From positions 14,634,001-14,698,000 of the forward strand of contig OZ076409.1 in NCBI GenBank assembly GCA_964187785.1: DNA of 64,000 nucleotides, read 5' to 3'. Below the pieces are notes generated by a model, which did not search any database, was not told the origin of the DNA, and saw only the letters and a program-made list of their open reading frames with translations. The stretch is from Amphiscolops sp. MND2022 (taxonomy: Eukaryota). Position 1 is the first letter of the stretch; each line of letters opens with the position of its first letter. Made by a program: the position numbers and the translations under genes. Below are positions 26,401 to 37,759 of this stretch, in pieces.

Positions 26401-28879
26401 TGAACCGTTCAAGGCCCCAGACTACTGCTAGTAGTTCTAGTTCACCGACGGAATATTTCTTCTCTGCATCATTGAGATAGCGACTGGCATATGCAATAGC
26501 TTTCAATTCGCCGTTGTGTTGGCGTTGCCATAGCGCTATGCCTAAACCGGTGTTGCATGCGTCGGTTGTAACAATGCTTTCTTTGTTACCGTTGTAGTGT
26601 GCTAAACACGGTTGTGTTGTCAATTCTTTTTTCAGGTTGTTGAAGTCTGTGTTTCGTTCTTCTGTCCACTCCCATTTTATTCCTTTTTTCAGTAGTTGTC
26701 TCATATTGTCCGTCTTTTCGGATAGATTTGGTATAAATTTTGCAAAATATTGTATTGCTCCCAAAAATGATTTTAGGGTTTTTGTAATTGTCGGTGGGTT
26801 CAATTTGTTGATTGCGTCCGTTTTTTCTTTGTTCGGTCGGATTCCATCTTGTGATATGGTTTGTCCAAGCCATACCGATTCTTTTTGATAAAATTTTGAC
26901 TTCTTTTTGCTGGCCTTATAGCCTTCGTTTTCCAGTTTTGTTAGGACTGATTCTAATTTTTGTGTATGTTGTTCCTTCGTTCCGCGTGTCATGATTATTA
27001 TATCGTCCAGCCATACTGGTATTTGGTGGCCGAGGGTTCGGTCTATTTTCTCCTGGAAGATGGTGGGTATGTCGGCTGGTCCGTAAAAACCCTTTAGGAA
27101 TCGGTAATATCCGTTGATTTTCTCTCCTGTAATGGCAAAGTTACAGTGTTTGCTTGTTTCCGGTGATAGTTTCATTTGTCCGTAAGCATAGTCCAAATCT
27201 ATGATTGATATCCAGATTGGGTCTAATTCGTTTTTTGATAATTCGGAAGAGATTTGGTTTAGTAGTTCATCCATGTTTGGCATGTGTGGTCTTTTCTTTA
27301 TACAGCTGTCGTTTAGTTTCCGCGCGTCAAGTGCAATTTTGACCGTTTTGTCCTTTTTTACCGTAATTACAACGGGGGATACGAAGCAATCTTCTTCGAT
27401 TGTTTCTAGTCTTTGTAAATGTCCGGATTTTATTAATCGGTCTAGTTCGTTTTTGACGTCATCTTGTAGGTGGTACGGTATTGGTCGTGCTTTTTGTTGT
27501 ATTGGGTAACAGCCCGGTTTTATCTGTATTTTCACCTCCGCGTTCTTGATAGTGTGGTTTGTTTCAAATAGTTTCTTGAATTTCGCATGTATCTTTGTTG
27601 TTTCTGATTGGTCGGTGTTGTTGTCCAATGAAATTTTGTTGATGGTAATTGGCAGTTGTTTTAGCCAATTTACTCCCAGTAGGGGTGTGATGTCGGTTCT
27701 CTTTGTGATTAGTGATGGTAATTTAATGTATTTGCCGTTATACTCGGTGTCTACCCATACTTTTCCCAGGAATGTGATTTCGTTTTTGTTTACATCTTGA
27801 TATCTCTCTTTTAACGGTTGGATATTTTCTGGGTTGTATAGTGTGGGGTTGTTCGGCATGATGGTGACCGGAGAGCCGGTATCGATAATAAACTTTTGGT
27901 TTTTTCCGTTTATTTTTATTTGGACACCATAGTGGTCGTTGTTGTCCGGTGTTATTTTGTTGATTCGTGTGATTTGGAGTATTTCCTCGGGTTCACTGTT
28001 TTCGTCTTCTTCTTCGGAGGTCATATCTTCCAAGTATTTGATTCTTTTTGTTTTGTTTGGTTTCGTGCGGCATACCCGGGCGAAGTGTCCCGTTCTCTGG
28101 CAGTTGTTGCATTTTACCGTTTTCGCCGGGCAGTTATGTTGGGGTGTCCAATTTTGTTGTCCGCAGAATCCGCAGTTGTTTTTCTTTTGTTTTGGTTGTT
28201 CTCGATATTGTTTTGTTTGGATTTTTTGGATCGGTTCTTGTTTTATTTCTTTGTCTTTCGCCAATGCGGGTGGTATGGTTGATTGTTTGTGTCGGCGGTC
28301 GTAGCTGTCTTGTGTGATAAGTTCTATGGTGGTTTTCAAGTTGAGAGTTTTTTCACGGATCAGTTTTTCCCGAAGTTTTTTGTCGGTTATGCTTGTGATA
28401 AATTTCGATATGAGTAAGTCTTCTTGTTTGATATCTTTGAAGTCACATGTTTTTTCTAACGTTATCAGCTTTTTCCAATGTTCCTCGGGTGTTTCGTTTT
28501 CCTCTTGCTTGGCCCAGAAGAAATCTCCACGGCTGTGGTATGTATTTCTTTTGGGCATATAGTATTCCCGGAACAGTTGGATTAGCTTGTCGGTTTTTAT
28601 TGTGTCTGGGTCCGTGTTGAATTCTCCTTTCGTGATGATTTCAATTGCCGACGGTCCGGCGCCCCAAATGAAATCTTGTCTGATTTCCGGTTCTTTTGTG
28701 TCCCATGGGTCACCGGTAGGAACCGTATCGTCGGTTAATATCGGTTTGATATCTATGTTGTGGATTCTTTTTATATAATGTCGAAATCTCTCTGTCCATT
28801 CTTTTGGTGTGTATATTTTCTTCCCGTCAAGTCCGGTGTCTTCTAGGTAAGGTAGTTGTATCTTGGTTGCCACGGCCAT
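23384..28879 (-). CDS. gag-pol: Gag-Pol polyprotein in one frame, 1831 aa
   Basis: Knuckles CGFCG...HNC and CNNCQRTGHFARVC; protease IIDTGS; RT IDLDYAYGQ and WLDD; RNase H TDAC, ELELLA, SDH; integrase HFGH...CSAC, IDF, SDNG, VER; stop lies inside the 3' LTR. Confidence 0.96.
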   Translation of the reverse strand: MAVATKIQLPYLEDTGLDGKKIYTPKEWTERFRHYIKRIHNIDIKPILTDDTVPTGDPWDTKEPEIRQDFIWGAGPSAIEIITKGEFNTDPDTIKTDKLIQLFREYYMPKRNTYHSRGDFFWAKQEENETPEEHWKKLITLEKTCDFKDIKQEDLLISKFITSITDKKLREKLIREKTLNLKTTIELITQDSYDRRHKQSTIPPALAKDKEIKQEPIQKIQTKQYREQPKQKKNNCGFCGQQNWTPQHNCPAKTVKCNNCQRTGHFARVCRTKPNKTKRIKYLEDMTSEEEDENSEPEEILQITRINKITPDNNDHYGVQIKINGKNQKFIIDTGSPVTIMPNNPTLYNPENIQPLKERYQDVNKNEITFLGKVWVDTEYNGKYIKLPSLITKRTDITPLLGVNWLKQLPITINKISLDNNTDQSETTKIHAKFKKLFETNHTIKNAEVKIQIKPGCYPIQQKARPIPYHLQDDVKNELDRLIKSGHLQRLETIEEDCFVSPVVITVKKDKTVKIALDARKLNDSCIKKRPHMPNMDELLNQISSELSKNELDPIWISIIDLDYAYGQMKLSPETSKHCNFAITGEKINGYYRFLKGFYGPADIPTIFQEKIDRTLGHQIPVWLDDIIIMTRGTKEQHTQKLESVLTKLENEGYKASKKKSKFYQKESVWLGQTISQDGIRPNKEKTDAINKLNPPTITKTLKSFLGAIQYFAKFIPNLSEKTDNMRQLLKKGIKWEWTEERNTDFNNLKKELTTQPCLAHYNGNKESIVTTDACNTGLGIALWQRQHNGELKAIAYASRYLNDAEKKYSVGELELLAVVWGLERFRFHLYGKQVQLFSDHQALEPLLKRNKTNKQYSARLTRWLDRLNHFDISLKHTAGKEIKFTDFISRNPTETAEPEENYEEEFVINAIAQLATVNGRIGRIFDQSENSETANMHGTRYSWTGTRYSKTNTNHSNLTANQINNAIHDNCKSYSEPKMDNNNNNRQIPDRFALNDKLKYHWGADDEIMKIINRRDNSPETQELVERRIELTRPGHMRYHWHKKLEREILLPRRPDDVDRKEIKRIDIRLRRKEENRVTHIGGGYFKNFGDEIPQASGTSSEINTETTKTQKHTPDTESTVSSTPEEPVITEEPGSYPAIPVQEYREGPIEEIAVHYVRINKVIATKAPRNRQQEDNIRAAELDFMLDLETLIKETAADPDLIEVQCCIEDNNTQAIPDDYKQVAKKLTHRWGITMVDDRIIIPKSLRYAALNALHFGHPGINKMCNDAVIFWWPNMRADIEKKAKTCSACLNAGKNLKTQLPSTEKSKLDPRKYPGEEIQIDFTGNLNSKHLDSSPFILVAVDKNSRWPVAKICKNTNHDTVITFLREYVNVYGVPKTTKSDNGSAFISKEYKSFCKEYNIIRKYGTPNLHTGTGLVERTIQSLKNLTKTNLEETKNLRESLNKTLYVLRFTTHSEIKKTPFELHLGREPGTKLSNLKNSISVNSKDLSVYITRNSAGEITDHLVMSKKKTNDPKYRRGMTFTQKQKPSNTVSREKNTNYPFTFFEKTHTKCSLGSKFKNKPLTAVSGTKHTVTTDKNKILHRKLISNPIPFQATTTPTKRINTRLTTTAKKPTCSKTMENTCLYRRKEAPKPENTENSADWLKRKEQPRNERGQFTSPDKSAGKPMDLDLSIVSDDEFQCYNTSEGKPVHANIDDELQLLPKETNLTPETGIKTNPLISEPQLTVRKSKRIPNARQTEKLGGIPYSTNNNKRKINNYMLQENQASQPSQQQTEERSNREIRKIAEYQNFNRSIRNHQQLPPPETESTRRRGNVECRGHRLNYFRQRVV

Positions 28880-28938
28880 TATTGATATTCGTTGGTTGAT
28901 AAAAATGTTTCGTGTTTTAAGAAGGTTTGGTAGAATAA

Positions 28939-28956
28939 AATCTTGCTACTGCGCCA
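28939..28956 (-). promoter_or_regulatory. Primer binding site, probably tRNA-Ser (imperfect)
   Basis: TGGCGCAGTAGCAAGATT immediately after the LTR; close to the complement of tRNA-Ser 3' ends (...ATCCTGCTGACTGCGCCA). Confidence 0.65.
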
Positions 28957-29161
28957 TGTTAAGATCTATTGATTTACTATAAAACAATGTTGGTGGCAAA
29001 GAGTTTTCATTCAACTATTTCGTGTCAAAGTAACAAATGTAGTGAGATCTATGTAATGCAATGCAATAACATAAATAGGACAGTAATTAGAGTTTGTTAT
29101 CAAATATGTTTAAACAACTCTCTGTCTACAGTAGTTCAGTCTATGACCTCTACATTCCACA
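28957..29161 (-). repeat. 5' LTR of Mag-like element
   Basis: TGTTAAG...TTCCACA; 4 substitutions versus 23231-23435. Confidence 0.96.
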
Positions 29162-31694
29162 GGGACATTAAAAAAATTTCGAAAAAAAAGTCTCACAGTG
29201 CCGAAAAAAATCGAAAGCGGGGACCCTTTAGTCCCGTCCGGGCTTGTAGGTAACGTTTAAAAGTAAATGAATGCGGTCCCCGTTTGCCTTTACCGGTCCA
29301 GTAGTTTAGTACTGTATTTAGTAGTTGAACGTTAATTTTAACGTTCGTCGCTTCGAGTCTGTCTTAAATAAAAAAAACGAGTGACTGTAATAGTCGGGCT
29401 CTTTTCTTAAGAAAAGCGCCGACTAAAAAATAGAACACTTGAAAAAGTTTTCTTGACGGTTCTAGACCAAACAAATTTCATAAACATCAGGTTATGAAAC
29501 AGATGGAAACCCAGATAGGACTTATTGAGGTAAAAAAAATCACAGAACAAATTTCCTAAATTGTTACATAGGACGTGTTTCAGTTTTAAAACAGCAGTTA
29601 TAAACGCTCTTCACAAAACTTTAGGCGTACGCCTAAACCACGAGCTTTTGCTGTTTAATAGCATTTTCAGCGTGTTTCAAAAATCAGTTGAACTTTCAGT
29701 ACATCATTTCAATATCTCAACAAAAAAATGAACAGCATTCCAAATACTATCTTTTCAGTTTTATATTATATCTTAATTTTTTCATAAGTTGGGACCTCAA
29801 AAAGTTCGAGGTTAAGCTGCCCCTGGAAACTGAGGAGGGGGGTTGTTCGACGGCATGTTTTACCTCATCATGGCAAAATTTTTTACCTCCCGTACGTCAT
29901 GAAAAAAAACCAACAACCTAAACCATGCTAATCTCATTTAGTATTCTCTTTTATCTTCACATATAAGAAAACGTTTAGTTTTGTCGTGAAACAATACGCC
30001 CAGTTAGTGTTACTAGGTGTACTAAAAACACTCGGACGCCTGTATTCCACAGTTAGATTGAGTGATATTGGGTCTTTTACCCAGGAGTAGAAAAACGTAG
30101 GTCAGAAGTAAAGACCGAATGATGTAATTTCGTTGTGAAATCATTTTCGCGCGAACAATAGTGACACTCAAACGGATGGGCCAACAGCTGATTTAATATT
30201 CTGACGTGACATTGACATATTATCCAAGTTTTTCCGTTTAAATATTCATTTCCTTTTGACCTAAAATGAACATTAAGAGGTCACTTGATGTTTAAATACA
30301 ATACCTCACTCAGTTGGTTTATTTCAATTTCAATTAGCCTAACCATCGTTTTGGGATTTGCAATTCAGGGAAATCAATTACACAGTTTGTTTTTGATGAC
30401 CTCTTGTGAAAAACAGTGTTTTTTGATGATCTCTTTCAAAGCTATTTTTATTTTCATTGTTTTTAGCTTCATAAGAAAGCACAGCGTGATAGTTGTATAG
30501 ATTTTTTAGAATTGAATGTTTGATTAGAAAGTTCGGGGTATTACTGCATCACATAAAAGCAGCCTTAGGGAAGAACGTTCAAGAAATTTTCGATGCTTGT
30601 AAAAGGCGTGATCTGATGTAATGAAACTGGATAGCTTTTGAACTATTGTAACCTATCACGTCTCATTGAATGTATTATTGTTAGTGGGAATCAAATTACG
30701 CAGAAGTTGATCAGAAAAATCGCGCTATTTCTCCTCCTATGTCGAATCAATAAGGCAAAGTTGGTAAGAATGTCGTAATTAAGCGGTTAACGCAGTTCAT
30801 ATTTCGGAAGTGGAATTTTGGCTGTGTCGCAATCGGTTAGCCATTGCACGGATGTGTTGTTGCGCAATTGGAAGTGTCAGACAATAGATCAAGTTCTAGA
30901 TTGCTTTCCACAAATTTCTGCGCCATAACTTTTCCTCCCTTTGGGGCTGGTCGAAACTTGCGATTTCAATTTTAACCTTTAATTGGATGGGGGATTGTCT
31001 TTGTTTTTGCTCAGGTAAATCCACTCGAGTAAATGCCTGGAGAAACCACGCTGATTAATACTTTATAATTTGAGCATTCTCCTCCCATAAATAAAGCGAA
31101 CGCGGTCTAGTCTGTTTGATCAAATTTCCATTCGGAAGTATTGAAATGAATTTTTGCGAGGCAACTCTGTAAAACAAGAGTTTATACTATATAGCATAGC
31201 ATGCCTTGTTTTCAAACTTGCCTCACATTGCGATTGTGATCAAAGCAAAACCCGCCTCGAGTTATCAGCTATGATTAGATTTCATATACCGTTGTCTACT
31301 GGGGGGAGGGGGGTTGGGGGGCTACTTGAAAATAAATACAAGAATGAAACCTACACTGTCCCCCGAACAGTATTACAATTGAACATTAGATATCTATCTC
31401 TCTTATTATATTAAAAGGGCTATTGATTTTCAATTTCCATTATTTTCTCTTTCTTACACAATTCCATGAAGGAAAGAAAGATTGATCGCTCAGCCACGTT
31501 TTTTTGCTAAATGTTGCCATGTTCCCATTTGATACTCAAAATACGGAAGCTTTTCCGCAGTTTTCAATGACGATAATATTAACATATATATTTAAGAAGT
31601 CATTTCAACATTTTGGAAAAGCAATCCTCATTTGAGAAGCGTCTCAAACTATTCAATCTGACCTCCCTGTGTACAATCAGTAGCCAGTAATATT

Positions 31695-31902
31695 GGGGTA
31701 CGGAATACTCAACACAAAAACAATCAATGCAGGAAAATTCAACACAGCAAAATCGAGACATTGTTTGATACAAATACGAGTTTTGATACAAACGTTGTGA
31801 ATTTTCTGTGTTGCATTTTCTTGTGTTGGGTTTTCGTGTGTTGAGCTTTCTGTATTGATCTGTCTTGTGTTGAAGAATTTGGTGTTGAGTTTTCTGGTAA
31901 TC
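31695..31902. repeat. Foldback MITE-like repeat built of AACTCAACAC / GTGTTGAG motifs
   Basis: Motifs point inward from both halves; another left half near 32137. Confidence 0.5.
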
Positions 31903-33202
31903 GTAAATTTCAAAACCAGAGAACATATGTTTCCATGAATCACGTTTATACCCAAGTAAAAATCCATGGAACTTTTGATTCTTACCAAGGAACCCAAGAA
32001 TTTGCAAGATCTCGCAAGATCGTGCGAAGAAATTCAAGAAATCCCAAGATCGTCATTAAGAGTTTCAAGACAAACCAAAAAAAAATAAGCAAGAAAAAGC
32101 AAGAAGCCTAACGATTGCTGTTTAGAGCCTCAGTCATGGGGATATGGAAAACTCAACACATGGAAACTTAACACAAGAAAACTCAACAAAAAAGCTCTAC
32201 AGTCAATTTTAGTTAACACCGCAATTGAGTTTAATTTTCTAACAATTCCTAACTACATGTGATTGTTGAATCCGTATACTTTCCGTTTACCCTAGTCATA
32301 AATGCAACTCATTTCAAACACACATAAAGTTCATTATTTCACATTATATAACACGCTTAAGAATATGTTTATTTTAGTTTTTCATGGATATAATTGCAGT
32401 TTCTAAAAGCCAACGCAAATTACTATCAGACTTGGTTACATTTATAATTTGCACCGAGCCTCAAAAGAAAAGCAAGATTGGCGATGTATATAATATACAT
32501 GAATTCAGTAGCCTAAAATGTGTTGAGTTTTATTGTTTTTATTATTCCAATTATTATGGAATTAGGATCTACAAATTACAAATTTCAAAAAATTGATCAT
32601 ATAAGTATGAAACGTTGCAGATTTGATAATTACAGACGATTGCTCATGGAAATTGGCCGTGAAATTGCTGATAAAAACGCAATTTTATTAATTTTTTCCA
32701 TAACATATCCCAAAAGTACCTGAAACAGGCCTCAATTCAACAGTTTTTGAAACCGCCAGTAAATTTTCAATTGCTCTAAATGTTCACCTCCCGGATTTCT
32801 TCGAGGTTCTTGGCAAAAATTCTTTCGGCAAGGTTCTTGTTAAGGATTTCAGTATAATATTACGAAAGAAGTAAGACTTTCCAAGATGAAGCCGGGTTTT
32901 GTAGGAAACTCCAAGAACCTTGCAAGAAATCCAAGAGATTTTATACCAGATATGGTTTTCACGTCACCTATCATTTTTATGTGTTCCACGGTTTCGAAGG
33001 GTATCACATATAATGTTTTACAATTTGAATGATTTGTGTATCGATGCGGAAACTCAATATTTATTCCAGTCCAACTGTGCATTTGACTCGTGATTTTGAG
33101 AAAAAACTATCCTTTTGGTCACAATCTTTTTTGATGCGACAAATGTTCTACCTTTCTGGATTGAAAAATTGAGAAGAGCAGACCACTAAATGCGGCCTCT
33201 GG

Positions 33203-33493
33203 TTTTAGTCGGCGCTTCATGAAGTGAAACGCGACTATTATAGTGACTCTTTAGTTTTCAATCCACACGAACTAACCAAAATAGTTCTACAAAGTTCTAC
33301 AAAATTTTATGGTGTCAAAGTGAACCATTTGGCCTAGCGAACAGAATCAAAAAGGTTCGGTCGTTTGGGTTTTCGAAAGTGTTTCGGAACTCTTTTTGTG
33401 AGATTGATACTTTGAGTTTTTCGACACTTTCATGCCCTTTTGCTATTTTTGAGCCTTGGAGATGGCCCCGACTTATGCCGTTCCCGGCTTGTT
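33203..33493 (+). mobile_element. HINE-like element, short complete copy
   Basis: TTTTAGTCGGCGC...GCCGTTCCCGGCTTGTT. Confidence 0.75.
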
Positions 33494-33909
33494 GATAATA
33501 CCTTTTGCTTTCTTCTAATTAAAAAACCGTGTCTAGTTCGCGTTTTGCGTCATTCAAAATTCCCGGATGCAATTTCCGGATACTCTGAATACACTCCCAT
33601 CCATCAGCGTCATACCTGAGCAACTGCTCCCGGGCCTGTTAACGTCAAGGTGGGGTGACCGGTCAATTTGGGGCGCTAGATACTGCGAAAAATTAATATG
33701 TTAAAATGCAAGTACATTTGAATGAAATGAAGTGCAGTTTTACAAAATGACCCAAAAGCACCGTTGCAAAAGTAGATAGATAACGTATCACAGGAGTGTC
33801 ATAAATGTATTTATTGAGCCATAGTTTCAACATAACGCGAAGTCCTAGCCATAGGGCACATATACTTTGCAATGATGGTAGCGTAATGTCTTGATTAGAA
33901 CTTGATGAA

Positions 33910-34920
33910 CATAGATGCTAGTATTTTGACAAAAATGAATGATCTGATTGTTTTTCTCGCAATTTTTATGCTTTAAAGTTTAATGGACAAACCAGTAATG
34001 TGGAATTGAACTTTTTTGCTGGTGTTTTGACAAAAATGTATGAGCTAATTGTTCTTTTCTTCCCAATTTTTTTACCTTGAAGTTTAACCCTAATCAACGC
34101 AGCGTTACCATATGGCAACATACCTTTTTTTTCAATTTCTAATCCGTTTTGCCAGTAGCTCATATTCTCTAGCACAGTTTTTTCTCAAAAATTTCTTGGT
34201 ACCTAGATTGGTTTGAATGGCACAAGACTTAAGAAAAATGAATATGTCTCCAAAACTGAGAAAAATGACTTTTTTTGCACAAAAATGGTCCTTTTTCTCC
34301 TAAATTTTCGTTTTCAACGAAATCCAGATTTCTCAAAATACTTTGAACCATAACAAAAACCAACCCCATACACTTGCACAACCACTACCTTCGCAAATGA
34401 TCCCAATAATATTCTGTTGTTACTACAACCTCCCGAAGTGTTACTACGAAGTGCGGAACGGCTGCGAAGCGGCGGTACCGGAAAAAGAAACTAAAATTCT
34501 GAAGGAGAGGGCGCGCGGCGACAGGGGCTCACCTGAGCAAAATGAAAGCCCAATACCAGATCTTTCAAACGCGCTATAGCTCATTTCTCTGGTAAGCGTA
34601 GTTGTGGAGATATTGATGATTTAAATTTTTTATAGAATTTTTTGAAAGTTTGCAAAAAAACTTGGGTCAAAGAGGGTTAATAGACAGAACAGTAATGTGA
34701 TAATGTATTTTTGTGCTAGTGTTTTGACAAAAACGAATTAATTGATTGTTTCTTTTTCATAATTTTGTATGCCTTAAAGTTTAATAGACAGAAAACTAAC
34801 GTGAAAGTGAAATTTTGTGCTAGTATTTTGACGAAAACGAATGATTTGATTGTTTTTTCTCACAATTTTCCAAGTCCTAAAGCTTATAAGACAGAACAGT
34901 GATGTTGAAATTAACTTTCG
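33910..34920. repeat. Degenerate tandem repeat, about 105-bp unit, 4-5 units
   Basis: TGCTAGTATTTTGACAAAAA...AAAGTTTAATAGACAG recurs; interrupted by 34088-34676. Confidence 0.75.
34088..34676. mobile_element. piggyBac-type non-autonomous element
   Basis: TTAA-CCCT...AGGG-TTAA; removing it restores a unit of the surrounding tandem repeat. Confidence 0.72.
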
Positions 34921-35047
34921 AGATTCTTTTCGGTCAGAATCACACAGTATATAACGAACTTGTTATAACTAATCTTTGTTTCTCATGCCCTTTTTCATTT
35001 TGAAATGATTCTATATTGATCCGTACTCCGCTAAATTATATAGACCC

Positions 35048-37002
35048 TGTAGAAATTTTTGCTAGAGGGTTGGAGAGAGATCCCAATGGCTCGATTCTAA
35101 CAGAAAGGTTTAGTTTTTAGTGAGTAAGTTTCGTCCACGTATCGCGTATTCTTTTCACAAGGTCTCTCCAGTGCTCAAGTTTCGACTCCAAAAAAACACT
35201 ATGGAAAAGTTGCTTGCAATTAATACTCTAATTCAGGAATTACCTGGATAATACAAGTCGAAGATTTCCACAGTACGTAACTACTCAATCAAGCAATAAC
35301 AATAGCACAGTAGGTGAATGAATTATATACAATAACTCAACAGAACTGTGCCCAAAATCACGATTCACTCAAAGATTTCCAAGTCCCGGACTTGTAACTT
35401 ATTCGCTGCTCTCACAAAGCAGTAAGTCAAAATCGATCTCGAGTAGGTTTCTTGCCCGCACGGCTCAACTTACTCTTAACTTCGTAATCGTTCTTCTTTC
35501 TCAATTCGGTTCTCCTTTTTCCTCCCTAAGATGTTTATTCGTCAGCCGCATTTTTGTTGTACCGATGTCGCTCTTTTATTTGCATGCTTTTTACTTCATG
35601 TAGTTCCATTCCTTTTATGGCATGGCAGCTCTCTAGTTATGTTTCGGCCAGACATTCTTCGCCGCCAACGACAAATACTTCAACAAAGATTGTACAAAGT
35701 TCACATTTCGATAATAATTCAAGTCCACCAAGATATTTCCAATATCGAGACAATCGTTCAATGACCTTCAATTACATGGTTTACATGCTCTATATGCGTA
35801 AGGGGTACTTTTCTGTCATTCTGAGTGCAATACATCGCGAATCGTTCCGCCTGACTGAAATGCATAAATTATCGCTTAAAGACACTGATTTACATGTTTT
35901 ATTGTATGTTTTCCTATATGTTCCGGGGTTGCATCTAAGATGACCTTGAGGTCCATCTGTGACCTTGAAGTTATTTGTCATCATCTAATGTCACTACATG
36001 CCAAGTTATATCGTCCTAGGGTCAATGGTCTTCGAGTTACATGATATGCGTATCTTTTGTTTACTTAAGGCGGCTACCCCCGCATGGGTTACAAATACGG
36101 TTTCGTTCACGTTGGTAATCAACTACATTCATCGTTCCGGTTCGTTTGATATATTACAAGCCAAGGTCAATTGTCATTTATCGGTCCGGCCCGTGCGTCC
36201 GGTCCCGCGTGCCTTAAACAAACATTACTCCGCGCGTGGTGAACTGATTAATGTATCTTTCATGTATATTACTTAGGGTTACTAGGCGAACATATTGGGT
36301 AAGTTTCATGATCGTCGGGTCATCCGGTGGCTATTTACATAACATTCGGGGTTTATTTACTTAGGGTCCGTGCTCCTCCTACGCGCGTCATAGGGTTCCG
36401 AAAACATGCGCAAAGGGCTTAGTATCGGGTGGGCTATCAATTCTATATATAATACGACTTATTCCGTGCTTGGCCGATGAGTTCATAGGGGGGTCGACCT
36501 AGGTCACTTCCGGTGCTAATAGCCCGGGACTGGGGGGTCTCGGCTCGGTTCCGTTTTTATGGGCGTGTGGCATAACAGCTCAATTATCCGTGTGCCAAAT
36601 TTCAAGTCTCTACGATAAGTAGTCTTTGAGAAAAACCTGACTGGGGGGGTTTTTCGATTTTGTGACGATTGATTTTTTCATGGTGTATCTTAGAATATTT
36701 TCCCTCGAAAGTGGGACTTAGTAAAATTCGCTCTAAGTGATCAATTTTGACTCAGCCGATTCAAAATCTTCCATCGTTGACGTCACTTGCTAACTTATTA
36801 ATTTTTGCCTAAGAAGTTTCGTTTACAAAGTAAATACCTAGTTTGCCAAATAAGCTATATCGAAGCATGCTATTGTCAGCCTCTTCAGGTGTTTTCACTA
36901 TTCTGGCGGTCTAAAAACATGATTAACATAGTTCCGTCTATCATATGTACTTCGCGCAAAAGCAATGGGTTTTCGTGGACGCCAAAAACTAAAAATTCCA
37001 CA
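35048..37002 (-). repeat. 3' LTR of env-bearing element
   Basis: Copy of 45756-47710; by eye one substitution (36261 C vs 46969 A) and two homopolymer length differences; PPT adjacent. Confidence 0.97.
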
Positions 37003-37014
37003 CTCTTCCCTTCT
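37003..37014 (-). promoter_or_regulatory. Polypurine tract
   Basis: Minus strand AGAAGGGAAGAG directly abutting the 3' LTR. Confidence 0.9.
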
Positions 37015-37759
37015 GGACTTTTATTCTCCTGAATAAACTTAGCGGTATTGTCGTTGGCTCTGGTTTTCGAAAGTTAGGTTATGAATAAGTTTAAGACGAT
37101 TCTGAACGCGTTCTAATTATTGCTTCTTTTGTTATTTCGAGAGTGAAGTTAACAAATCCGTGTCTATTTGTACTATTCGACCTTGACGCCCAAGGAATTT
37201 ATTTACCGACGAAGACCTACTCTCCTAATAAGGCACAGCTTTATCGAGTTACCGAGTTCTTAGACTAATATTAGCACATAAATTAGTGGAGGCATCTCGG
37301 TAAATCAATCATCCATAATCGTAACGAGATTCTCGGGTACATCAAAGAGCATCAACAAATGAACAATTGGGATAATAAATACGTCAGGTTAATACAACAT
37401 GATAATGACCTTTCGTTTAGGGCCAAAATGGCTGAATGCCTCCTTAAAATAAATTGAAAGCATAAGAATCACAATCTTCCGCTAAAAGATCCAGAGATTT
37501 TCCTATTCAGAAAAATTGACGACCTTCATGAAGGCAGGATAACTTGACACTTACCACATATATTTGAAACCTGTTTATAGTCGTCAAATTTTCTTCGTAG
37601 GTACTCAGAATTGGGTATAACTAAAGGTTAGTGTAGCAAATTGGGGGGGGGTAATTAAGGAGTTAGGAGGGGGGTCGTTCTAGGTTAATAAATTGGCATC
37701 TACCCAGTTATCGTTATAATTAGAGGTTAATACTTTTTCTTTATATAATTACTCCTTTC

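Larger units (their letters stand above)
23231..29161 (-). mobile_element. Full-length Ty3/Gypsy LTR retrotransposon, Mag-like, 5931 bp
   Basis: 205-bp LTRs, target duplication GGGAC (23226-23230, 29162-29166), PBS, PPT, single gag-pol ORF; paired zinc knuckles and short LTRs suggest the Mag clade (inference). Confidence 0.95.
23015..29430 (-). mobile_element. HINE-like element split by the Mag-like retrotransposon (23015-23230 plus 29162-29430)
   Basis: Both termini present; the halves join across the GGGAC duplication. Confidence 0.8.

Noticed and set aside
23856..28778. Many plus-strand ORFs within the Mag-like element (likewise 37806-45465)
   Set aside because: Antisense shadows of long coding frames
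30822..30845. tRNA-Asn-like GTCGCAATCGGTTAGC
   Set aside because: No cloverleaf or T-loop follows
35531..36276. ORFs of 64-129 aa repeated at 46239-46984
   Set aside because: Duplicated only because they lie in the LTRs; no recognisable features
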